A DNA stretch of 62,989 bases, counting the filler, from Choristocarpus tenellus KU-1152 (Eukaryota > Protista > Phaeophyceae): the NCBI GenBank assembly GCA_964200185.2. It is 6 parts of 6 records of this genome, joined end to end, with 100 filler letters (N's around TTAATTAATTAA, not from the genome) between each part and the next. Parts side by side here need not be neighbours in the genome. Positions count along the whole stretch, not along the records: positions 29,411 to 38,080 come from CAXNAD020004460.1; positions 38,181 to 45,245 come from CAXNAD020006759.1; positions 45,346 to 55,164 come from CAXNAD020003365.1; 3 more parts are not named here. One strand, given 5' to 3'. This document shows, one piece after another, positions 37,601 to 48,700 of the stretch (the first letter of the stretch is position 1; each line of letters starts with the position of its first letter). The translations under genes and the position numbers were made by a program. Below the pieces are notes generated by a model. That model was not told the origin of the DNA and ran no database searches. It saw only the letters and a program-made list of their open reading frames with translations.

Positions 37601-38058
37601 TTAAGCCAGCCCAATAATAGCAGATCAAGGCATATATGTACATTCACCACTGCATGCTGAATGTTGCTTTCCCTTTTTATTGTCTCTTTCTTTGGGTTAT
37701 TGATTAATCTTGCGTCTTAGATTCCTTCTTTGTGATACACGTGATGGGTGATGCTGAGATTGAATGGACGGAGAGTTATACTAAAGCATTGACCTTTTCC
37801 TTGTATCATAGGATGCGGTGATGTTGACAACATTCATGATAATGATATCCTGTTCCAGCTATTGAGTGCTTGTAGTGCCTGGGTTTTCCTAACTACCCCT
37901 TCACGATTTGATCTTGTTCTTACTCTCTTTCCTTCACCTTTTTTTTATTTGTTGTGAAGCGGGACATAACTTTTATATCTCGTACGGATCGCCTTTTAAA
38001 TAATGAAAATATCCTGATCTCTGATCTAACAACTACACACACACACACTTTAAAAACT

Positions 38059-38080
38059 GGCTCAAATTATCTGGGGGGGG
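38059..38080. mobile_element. MITE family A left terminus at contig end
   Basis: GGCTCAAATTATCTGGGGGGGG followed by the gap. Confidence 0.6.
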
Positions 38081-38180
38081 NNNNNNNNNNNNNNNNNNNN
38101 NNNNNNNNNNNNNNNNNNNNNNNNTTAATTAATTAANNNNNNNNNNNNNNNNNNNNNNNNNNNNNNNNNNNNNNNNNNNN
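38081..38180. other. Artificial contig linker
   Basis: Same 100-nt linker. Confidence 0.97.
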
Positions 38181-38724
38181 ATGTACACGCGGTAACGTTG
38201 GCCGTCCCGATTCACCCACCCCCTTCTTTTTTTTTTTACAGTTGTTTGTTCTTTCTCGTGTAGTTTGTTTGGGAGGTATGACACCCGATTTGTTTGGACT
38301 GCTGCTGTCCTATGGATTTTTTATTAGGGTTAGGGCTATATCTCCAGGGATTTTTTTTTTTTTAAGGAAAAAGTATTTTTTATTAAGAGTATTTTTGATA
38401 CAGGTATCTCTCCCGTGAAGACCTGTACTACATTGTTTCCCAGAAACAAGGCTCTCACTTTGATATCCATTCTGGTAACTAAATGATCTACTGATAGGTA
38501 GCGTTTCAGCTGGGTGATTCGTTGCTCATGGGTAAGTGTCGGGTTAACGAAGCTTACAATTACATCTGGATGGGAAAGTATCGCACTGCCAAGAAGATGA
38601 TCGCTGAACAGGTAAGCAAGCACACATTTCCACTGCCTTCTCCTTTTTGTAAACCTTTTTGCTAGGTTTATTTCTCACAACCCCGGTATACTCTGGTAGT
38701 GCTGGCTATTGCTGTAGGTTTTGT

Positions 38725-38755
<31 letters not shown>

Positions 38756-40122
38756 CTTTCCTATTCAGATTTTCTTTCAGTTGAATTTTTCCTCCCCACC
38801 TGTACACACAGCATTTAGAAGTAGTAATAGTAGTAGTAGTAGTAGTAGTAGTTTCAGTGAGAGCTATTCAACAACAGTAGTTGAATATTTTTGTTGTTAT
38901 TTGTTGTTTTTGACCATGGAGCTCTACTCAAAAGCAGTAATTGAATATTTTTCTTTGTTTTTATTATTGTCATTGGCCACAGAGCTATCCGACGACAGTT
39001 TCAAATCAGACTTTTTCGTTTTGTGCATCATTGCCCCTGAGATAACACTGGACCTCAATGCCAGAAATGGGGTGATGAAAGGAAATCACCCTCTCCTAAG
39101 AGTTGGTGGAGGCAGCGATCACTTGGCTGATATATTTCCCCCGTTGTGGACTGAAGAGATTCGTTGGCAATAGAATCCTTGCTTCAGAGTTACACCAGTC
39201 ACAATTTAGACCTGTAACATTGATCTCCTAGGATTTTTGGGGGATGGGGATGGGGATGGGAATGGGGATGTTGCTGCGGTGGTGAGCAGGAAGGCGTATT
39301 GCGCTGCCCAGATGTGAACCTTTGTAGCTGATCACAGTGGTCACTCATGATAAAGATGTACCACTTGCACGTATGCTTCAAACCGATAGTTGTTGAGTCA
39401 ACCACAAGGCATAGAGCCGGTTAGAGCCGGTTCAAGAATCGTACGTGAAGAGTCGGAGTGGAAGCACAGGTAGTCGATTCGAGGATATGTGGGAGAGGTA
39501 GAGTTGGCACCCATACACCGTGTGAACACATGGGGCACGAGGTGGCGAGCAGACCCACGATACAGACGAGAGCTGTTAGCGGCGATGAGGTAGAGGTGAT
39601 TAGAGCCAGCCGAATCTGTGGATTGTTTTTTTGTTTTTTTGTTGTTGTTTGGAAGATTCATCAGATTGAGTACGTACACAAGTAGACATTGGAGGATGAG
39701 ACCAGGTACGTGCAACTGCAACAGGCACATGGACAGACAAATGGATGTGTTGTCTACTTATGTACTTGAAATTACTTTACTTTGTGTTTGTGTTTGTGTT
39801 TGTGTGAACAGGGTCCGTAGCACTTTTGATAAAAGAGATGGCGAAGTGGGAAGGAGAGCTCTGTGGAACATGACATAGATGCCTTCCCATTACAACAGTT
39901 GTATTATATGTGGAAGTAAGAACCGCATGATTGAGCTGGTGATACTGCTATAGAGTGGCATGGTAGAAACAGGGGATGGATTGTAGGAGAGTCTGTGAGG
40001 CACAGACTGAACAATTCTTGATTCTTTTCCTGGTCTTGTTTGCCCCATTGAGTCGACTCGTTGCGTACTTGGCAAAGCTATAGTGGCTTTTTTTATGGAT
40101 CTGGTACAAGAGGCCTGGTGGT

Positions 40123-40152
40123 TTAGGTTTAGGGTTAGGGTTAGGGTTAGGG
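40123..40152 (+). repeat. Interstitial telomere-like (TTAGGG)n tract
   Basis: TTAGGTTTAGGGTTAGGGTTAGGGTTAGGG. Shorter tracts near 38323, 40671 and 40768, and (CCCTAG)4 at about 62515-62538. Confidence 0.7.
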
Positions 40153-40317
40153 ATTTGCTTCTCGTGGTGTACATGTATATGTTAGTTTAATAAGATAATG
40201 ATAAGATGATGCAGTAATCCGGGACATATGTGGAAGTTAATGATTGTCACTGGACAGAAACAGTGTTTGGTAAGAACTATTGACTGCATGAAATGCTCTA
40301 GTGGTGTGATCACAGCA

Positions 40318-40322
<5 letters not shown>

Positions 40323-40359
<37 letters not shown>
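40323..40359. repeat. (CA)n microsatellite
   Basis: Direct inspection. Others: (TG)n about 38729-38755, (AGT)n about 38821-38851, (GCT)n about 31227-31254, (TA)n about 6380 and 47006, (CA)n about 59961 and 60940, poly-G at the window end. Confidence 0.9.
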
Positions 40360-40361
<2 letters not shown>

Positions 40362-43300
40362 ATGAATCATGTATCCAAGGAGAGCAAGCCTAATACCATG
40401 CGCACTCTCCTATATGTAATCGCACAGGTTGGAGTTGCACGGGATGGCAAGGATGAGGAGCTAGAGAATTACGCCTTGATTGCACTGCTGTTCCTCAAGA
40501 GGGCAAGGGCAGTTAATCGAAGGCTGAGGCTCAATTCCTCGGGAAAAAGAGGCTGCAGGTTGGGTGTGAGGAGTGATGTTGGTGTTGAGGTTAGGGGGGA
40601 GGTGGTGAACCCTACAGTGGATAATCTCCACCGTGTGCGAGCCCTTCGAATATGAGTGCTGTGCTGGGGATAGGGTTAGGGTGGGCGAGGTAGAGGGGGA
40701 TGTGGGCAAGAGAAAGAGAGGTGAAAAAAAGAGCCGATATTGATCCTGTCTCCATGCAGGTGTTGCGTTAGGGTTAGGGTTAGATCATGTACACTCGAGT
40801 TAGCTCTTATCTGCATTGTGTGATGATGACTGAATGTGTGGGGTGGTATTTATTTACTGCGGCATGGAGTTTGTATAGAGGGAGTGAAGGAGTGCTTTCG
40901 TGGGCCACAATGTTACGTTGAGTGTTGCTTTCAAAGGGTAGAGTGCTCAGGATTCCTATGACTATTCTACAAGGTTGCCTTGTTTGTGATGCAGGGTGTT
41001 TGCACACCAGATAGGCATGTCACAAGTGCGTGTTGATCATCTATGTTCCCCACCTGGACATTGATTGTGCAATTTCAAGGATGCGAAGTTTGGTTCTATT
41101 CTTCTCTTTTTTTTCTTTTTTCCATTGTTATTTGGTGCATCCCAATTTTCTCTTCCCTAACTAACCCTTGATGATCTTCCTCGTTGTAGCAGTGCGAGTT
41201 GCTATGAAAGACCTTTGCTGCGACGCTGACTTGCATAATAGTGCAATAATCCACAGTACCTTATTATTGTTCTTTTTTTTCACCCAAGGTTGCATCAAGA
41301 GAAGTAGTGTGCAGTGTTTTGATCAAATGGATAGGACACGTGCGTGTTGTGGATGCGTACTTCACAGCACTTGCATGTTGACATTATCCATGCTACTACT
41401 ACTTCCAGCAGTAGTGCATTCATTATTGGGAGACTGTTCTCAATAGGGATGTACACGTCGTTTCGGTTTAGTTGCCAGTATGGGATGATTGTGGAAGATC
41501 AGCGAATAGCATAATGGAGTTAGTGTATTATACTGGTTGACAATAGACCTTCTCCCAAAAAGTCAGTACAAATTGATAGGCAGCTTGACCTACAGCAGTA
41601 TGTAGGGCAATTCTAGACAGTTTGGACGCTCAATTCTACTTGGTTCGGCTTGCCCATCAGCACTTAAGGAAAGGGAACTGGAACATAGGGAAACATTGCA
41701 TCATCACCGTATCCCATTCTACAGGTAGTCCTGATGGACAAGCTTAACCAAGTGAACTTGAACGTCCAAACACTGAAGGACGACATCGTGTCGCAGATGA
41801 TGGCATTGCCTTGCACATAGATACGGTAGCATACGCACAGGAGCAAAGTCGGAACGAAATTTCCAGAAACTCAAATGCCAATAGAGGTGGTCATGACAAG
41901 ACATAGGCTCCACAAATGCATTAAATGGAACAAATTAAACACCTTGAGAACATGAAGGCCCACGACCAAAACCCTAGCAGATGGTGAAACTGAAGAATAG
42001 CAAATTTCCAAGAGCAAAAGTACAACACTCCCCGTAGGCCAGAAAGGTGCGAAGGTGCACGGACTCAGTTATTGTGGGAGTTCAGAGTTACTCTGGACAC
42101 TTTAGGACCTACCTGACTGGCTGGAGTATTTATCCTCTCAATTAGTCACCACTTTTCTTTGTCAAGTGCTGCTAGCCTCCTCATTAAATGATCCCGATTC
42201 TCCTCGCTATCAGCAGTGAAGCCTAGGTAGTCCCAACGGAGCTTCAAACTCCTCCATCTCTATCACCACCCTCTCCAGGTGTACATTACTATATTTGGAT
42301 GGCCAGGATTATTGGAGATACCGCTGTTTCCCTCTCCTACACCTGACTCCCTTCGCCTCCAACAAGCTCGAGCTCACCGGTACACACACATCCAGTGAAC
42401 CAGGAAGGGTGTGTGAAGGAGAACATTAGTATGTTGGAGGCAAAGAAGGGAGTGTGTGTGTGCCACAAAATGTGAGTGGGTTGAAGGACGAGGGACTGGA
42501 GTCCGGAAGAGTTGTTCTCATATATGCATACATCTTGTAGGCGAATGAGTTGGTGTATGGGAGAGGGATGGATAATGAACAGGGAAGGAGATCTGCATGG
42601 GGGGGCAATAGGATGTGTGTGTGTGCGTGTGGCGAGATGTTGTGAAGGGGTATTGTTAGTACAAAATTACTATTATTACTACTAACTACTACTACACTCA
42701 TCTGTACGATTGGGCGACTACGAGTCGCTCCACCCCCAGAGGTGACAATAAAAGCCACATTTTCAATTTGGATACAACGTTGTATCAATAACAACCAACA
42801 AGGATGTCTGTGGAGTCATGGGATGACTTCATGACAAAACTTGGTTTGCCACTCGACCAGCCTCCCTCTCTAGCGTCGCATTGGGGTGATCTCGGGTTGT
42901 TCTACCAGGCGAGTGAGCACTGAGTCTATGTTTTCTATACGATTGTGTAAGGCGAACTGTATCGATCTTGAACACTGAAACGCTGGTTTGAGCCTCATTG
43001 TCCCTAGTGGTGTTGCCCTGGAAGGTTCACGCAGATCTTTCGTGCAAAGCTGGTTGGAGTGATTTTAAACCTGTGATTCTAGAACCCATCTCCATCGACG
43101 AAAGCGGACGCATGGTGGATTGCACAGCAATGCCAGGGGGTTGTAGGGACATTGGGGACCTCGGTCAGGGTCCACCTAGGGAGACCAGCGCCGCTGCGTG
43201 CAGCAAGGCCTACGGCATCCTGGCTTCTGTGGAGGGTGACACTGGAAACCACCCAGGAGTGTTGATACCAAAGCTTGTGTTCCCTGTGAACGGTTGCCTA

Positions 43301-45245
43301 CCTTTGCCCACGTCAAGGTATTGCAACCCACACTTCTAAGGCTTGGACTCTAGTCGGTAATTCCAGCAGCAGATTGTGTGGTGTCTGTGGTCTTTATTGC
43401 CCTTGCCTTCCACATACCACTGACCTAACCATTATATATACATACATATACCCCTTGCCCATTGCCTGCAGCTTCGGGGAAGTTGTGTCGGCTGCCGAGG
43501 AGAGATTGCGACAAAAACAGTCTGAGGGAGATCAGGGCAGTGACTTGTGTTGCAAGGGGGTAATGGCAGCCTTTTGCAGCGGCCCGAGTATCGTGTGAGT
43601 AAATTCTCATTTCTAAACCATTAGTTGTCATGAAGTTACCGCGGCATGAGGTTAGGTCTCGCACTCAGTCCCACTCCAAGTCCTTCGACTTATTTTGTCC
43701 CAAGAGAGAGAGGGGGTGCTGACCAGAGCTTGTGTTGTAAATAGAGTCGAAATGCCTGACACAAGTACAGTGGAGAGAGATGGACATATTTGTGCCTAGG
43801 AACGATATTGCACCAAGCTTACTCCCCAAAGTGGTTGATTGCGGACTATGTGCAGCATGCTTTATTTGCAATTAGTAATGCTTCAAGCTGAGCTCCTCCG
43901 CCTTGGATTGTTTGCACAGCTATTACAATGTCTCAAGTGGAATGGATGTGACATGACTGAACTGATGAAGAGTCTGCACACGGGAGCAAAGGGATACGCC
44001 ATCTATGCCGTAGCAAGTGAGTAAGGCTAGGATGAACCTCATCTCATGCACGATACGTCTTGCACACAATTGATGTGGGGCCATGAGTAAATTGAAACGT
44101 ATTGGTCTTCTCCAACCCATCACTTCTGACTCAGGAACGGTTCGTGTTGACACTTCCCTTCACAGCTCTCACTGAGGGTCTGAGCCCAACCAGTATGGCC
44201 CTTTTTCTCAGCTTGTTGATAATTGCACGGGTTCAATTTGGCACAACTACAGAACTACTTGTCTGGTGTATTTTCAATAGGTCTCTACAAGAGATGGCAA
44301 TTGTGAAGCATGATTTCCTCTAGACCAGAAACAGTCAAATGGACCCCTAGAGGACAGCTGTCAAGTTTCAGCTACTAGGTAATTGGAGTCACAATAGATT
44401 GGGTTTTTGCAGAATGCAAGTCACATACAGGCATGTCGCTGAGGTCGTCTTGTGCCCCTGAGCTTTGAATTTTTGTTGGGTGTATGATGTGTCCCTCTCT
44501 TAATAGTAACTGGCAATCTTGTTTTGTAGCGTTTTATGTGATGAGCTCGTATCTGCTCGTACTGTGATGGGTTTTGGCGTTTTCATAGAAATAGTGGGTG
44601 CCCCTTGCCATATTACACACACTTGAGTTATCCCTTCTAAGTGTAGTATAACCTACAACCAGGTTGGAATAGATGACAGGCCTAAGGCAGGGATAGCTAA
44701 CTGAATATGATCCTTTGCAATACAAACATCACAAACATAAAGAAACGGGGAATGGGACAAGTGTGAGATATTCAAAATCTACTCAGGTGTCAAATGTAGT
44801 CCTTGCCCTTTCCTGCTGCACTGTAAACGCCATGCAATGCACGGGATGCCGGTGGTCCCCTGGATGCTGCGACTGAACCCCCCAGAGAGATTGCACAGTC
44901 CAGTGCCCTCGCACTGTCGAGCTTGGCCTTGGGGATTGCAGGTGCTCCTCCACCAGAGGGACAACTCCTGTTGTTCTCTTGCAATAGGGGACCCTGTCCA
45001 TTGTAGTCAGTTTGAAAAGTAACAACTGAACTGTGCTGACTGTGTTTGTCTCTAGGCCATTCTGTGCCCGATATCTGTAAGGAGAAGTCCGCTTGCACTT
45101 GGTACGGGTGGGCCCTCTCCCTCTCTAGCACTGACAGTGGCACCATACCCTCCACTGCGTAGCACTGACTGAACCCCTGGTATACCACAGTCCAAGGGGG
45201 GGGTATCGCCCAGTTCAGCCTATGCCTTGGCAAGGCTTTCTCATC

Positions 45246-45345
45246 NNNNNNNNNNNNNNNNNNNNNNNNNNNNNNNNNNNNNNNNNNNNTTAATTAATTA
45301 ANNNNNNNNNNNNNNNNNNNNNNNNNNNNNNNNNNNNNNNNNNNN
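45246..45345. other. Artificial contig linker
   Basis: Same 100-nt linker. Confidence 0.97.
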
Positions 45346-48300
45346 GTGGCTATGAAGGTGGTGGGGGGGGAGGCTATGGGGGACGGGGTGGGGGCTATGG
45401 GGGACGGGGAGGGGGTGGGGGTGGGGGCGGGGGCTACTCACCACGTACACAGTCTGGGCCGTATGTGTCCGGTGGGGGTGGGGGAGCAAGGTAATTGTAT
45501 AGTGTACTTTATAATATAACATCCCCTAGTGTGAGATGTCTTTTCATGGTTTGCTTGTACCTGTATGTTTTTTGGTGCCCATCTGTATTTGCTCTCCCTC
45601 TACTTCATGTTGGTTTAGCTAGTTTTTTTTTTCAGTGTTTTCATGTGATCAGCTTTTCACTGCTATTAATTTGCTGAGGATACCTCTCTCCTATTTTCAT
45701 TGCATTGGTTGGTCTATTCCTCTGTTGACTTTCTTGTAATTGTGCCATATCTCTCAGGTTGACTTGTGAGGAAATATGATGGCTCCCCATGTTTGTATTT
45801 TATGAAAATGAACTGGCAAAATTCATGTTAAGTGGTACTGGTTCCATGGTGTGCTTCTGATGATCTATTTATTTGTTTTTGTGTACAGTAACTGTTTATC
45901 AAGAGAATAGATGAAAAGGTACAGTGGTGTACATGCGATCCAACATTGTTGGCACTAACACTTTAGAGTGAGACTTGAATCTCTAGTTTTTTTTTCCAAT
46001 GATAATGCCAAAAACTAAAATGTTTCCCTAACCCTATATGTTCTACACCTATTGGCAGGAGGCCATCGCACCAGCCACCTGGAGGGTTCATCCCACCTTC
46101 ACAGGCATACCATCAGCACCAACAGCAGCAGCAGCAACAGCAGCAGCAACATCATCACCAACAGGTGCTGTACTCCTTGATTATTTTGTCAAAATGGTAG
46201 ATCATTGAAGTTGGCACGACCAGATAGAATTGAGTTATAATGAGGAAAATATTTATGATATTTGTTAAATGTAATTGGTGAGCTGGCTCCTTTTGGGGGG
46301 TGTAAGCTTTGCTTATTGTTCCATTCAGGAATAGGTCTCGTAGTTCCTCGAGGAAGAAGGGGGAAGGAGAGCCAAGAGCTCTGCATGGTATGGTATCAGA
46401 TAGTTGAATTCAATATAGTGAAGTTTTGATCTTTGCCTAAAGTGATGAGCTGTCACTTTTGATTTGATTGTACTCTGTGAATCAATTTCATTACTCAACT
46501 CTTTTTCTAAAATCGAAGTCAAACCTTGTAGTCGTTTTGAAAACTACTCTTTTCATGTATTGGAAGACATAAAACATACAATACGTGCTGAAATTGAGGT
46601 ACAGCTTCAAAAATACATCTCTGTAAGATAAATCGGGTAATCCAATGTGCCAACACAGAATTCAACTGTTGCACTGATCTTTTTCTGTGGTGGGCTTGTT
46701 CTGTTGTAGAGGTTTGATAGGGCGCCTGGTGCACGCCACTATTGGTTACACTTTTTGGCTATTTATCTTTAAGCACTTTACTACAAAAATGTTCTGTTGT
46801 TGTGCCCGGTGTGTGACAATTGCAGCTTTCTCCTGATCGTGAACCTCGGCATCATGACTTGCGCACTCCAATGGGAAGGGGTTCTAGAGTGAGTGTGTGC
46901 CCTTTGTTGATAATGCCCTGTTGCAGAATGTATGGTATTTCCTTCAAATTGGAAATCTCTCCAGTAAAGCAAGCCTTAATGTGAATGTGGTTGAATTTAA
47001 TGTAAATATATATATATATATATATATTGGGTGAAGCTCATAATGTCTTTTTCTAGGGTGTTGACCCGACCATGATATTATTTGATCCTTGAAATATAAT
47101 GTAAACGCCAGATCTCAAGATGTGAGGAGAGATAGGTAAGGTTGAAATTGAACTTTTTTTCCTCTGACCTCTTGCTCAAGTTGAAGCAGTCTGAGGTGTT
47201 TTCCTGTGCCTAGCTTGTGGTCAGGGTCGAAGAAGTTTCTCCCTCAAATAAAATAAATATTGATACATTTGTTTGAAGTTTGATAAATCTACAATGTTTT
47301 GCTCCTTTGCATTTCGAATTCCATTTTCCTTTTCTTACCACCTTGCGACTTTGATTTTATAGTGTATTGTGGTGGTAAGATCTATTGTAAATGCAATTCC
47401 TTTGATGTCTCTGTTGGAGTGTTAGGGTGCAAGGAAGCTGTGCATATGTTGCCATTGCTTCGTATCTGTGTCGGCACTTACTTAGCCCTTCTTTGATGGT
47501 GAGGATTTTAAGTTCAGCTCCTGTTTGTACCTTTACTGAATTTTTCAATGGGTAGATGTCAGTGTAAGGATTTTATCAGCCATATCCAGTAAAACATGAA
47601 GCGTGAGGAAGATGTGGTGTGTTGTACATGTGAAGCCCGTGGTTTCAATGTGACACAGTTAGTGGTGGTCTAGTCTTGGTTCTCTCTATTTTAATGCGAC
47701 AAATGTGCACTTGATGTGACACCTTTTGACAATGAGAACCTGGAGTGTGATTGAGTGGTGTGTCTTTTTCATTAACTTGCACAGATGTCTAGAACCTTTT
47801 CTACCTTGTCGGCCACCTCCTGATTATGAGGGAGTAGAAAAATGTGAGTGTAAGCGAAGCTTAGACAAGCAAACTTGAAGCATCTTTTATTTGAATTTCC
47901 ACGCATTGATAGTCCTGATTCTACGGATCCTTGCCACAAACAATACAACAGCCTTACCAACCTGGTGGACAGTCAAGTCAAAGTTATGTGCCGCCATCGC
48001 AGGCTTCTGCGCAGAACTTGCCATCTTACTCTCCGCACTCTGGGTATCAAGCACGGCAAGCCCAGTATGAGGTGAGAAGGTCTATTATGGCATGGTGGTG
48101 AGGAAGATTGATTGTTGAAAGTGTTGAATTAAAGCATGAATGATAAGGTAGGGTAAGACTCTCATGAAGGAGACTAGGAGTTGTGGACTTCTCTTGTTGT
48201 GATAATGGATATTCTCTGTGTTAAGGATAGCATGTTCTCACCGTTGTTTGCCCCTCGTAGTATACTTGACATTAAAAGGAATGAAGTAGGATACTGTTAT

Positions 48301-48700
48301 ATATTTTGTGTACAAGGTGGGGTCTATCAAGCACAAGATTTGTTTTTTTGTGAGGGCGATGTGTCTGTGAGATGTTGAAATGTGTGAAATGGTTGTGTGG
48401 TGAATGTTAGCAGTAGAGATAATCGATCGCCTGTAGGTTTCTTTTGAGGAAGATAGGATGGTGTATTTAACTGTGAGGTCATCATAATACCCATTTCAAA
48501 ACATACTTCCGCCCCCCTTTGTTTCTCGATATTACCATCTACCCCACATGGGACAATTATAGCCACCAGCCTATGGAGCTCAGCCGATTTCCACGCAACC
48601 ATACCAGCCAGCAGCTGCTGCTCCCTCAGGTGGTGGACCATATGGCCCAGGGACAGGGGGGGGAGGGGGTTGGAACCAGCACCAGCCCCGTCCCTATTGA
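45346..48700 (+). CDS. 3' part of a gene encoding a Gly/Tyr/RGG- and Gln/Pro/Ser/Tyr-rich low-complexity tail with C-terminal RPY (PY-NLS-like); probable nuclear RNA-binding protein, 5' end lost at the contig edge
   Basis: Phase-consistent GT-AG exons: <45346-45490 (GYEGGGGGGYGGRGGGYGGRGGGG..YSPRTQSGPY), 46059-46164 (RPSHQPPGGFIPPSQAYHQHQQQQQQQQQQHHHQQ), 47952-48071 (PYQPGGQSSQSYVPPSQ..QAQYE), 48563-48700 (PPAYGAQP..GGGGGWNQHQPRPY*). Confidence 0.8.

Larger units (their letters stand above)
39474..40655 (+). pseudogene. Spliced gene fragment of unknown family with an in-frame TGA (pseudogene, true terminal stop, or recoded UGA)
   Basis: Segments 39474-39589, 39665-39705, 39812-39915 and 40428-(40558 or 40655) are joined by GT-AG introns with phases 2, 1, 0 matching. 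Translation: SIRGYVGEVELAPIHRVNTWGTRWRADPRYRRELLAAMRLSTYTSRHWRMRPGSVALLIKEMAKWEGELCGT*HRCLPITTVVLYVE|VGVARDGKDEELENYALIALLFLKRARAV. No family recognised. Confidence 0.35.

Noticed and set aside
38336-38623. 95-aa minus ORF with protein-like composition
   Set aside because: No family motif or supporting neighbouring exons, and it runs into a poly-A tract.
41725-41820. Exon-like + strand segment VVLMDKLNQVNLNVQTLKDDIVSQMMALPCT*
   Set aside because: Isolated, short and not linkable with confidence to the 39474-40655 fragment.
42998-45233. ORFs of 113 aa (+, 42998) and 147 aa (-, 44790) and an exon-like piece at about 43472-43593
   Set aside because: No recognisable motif and no phase-consistent exon chain that I could build.
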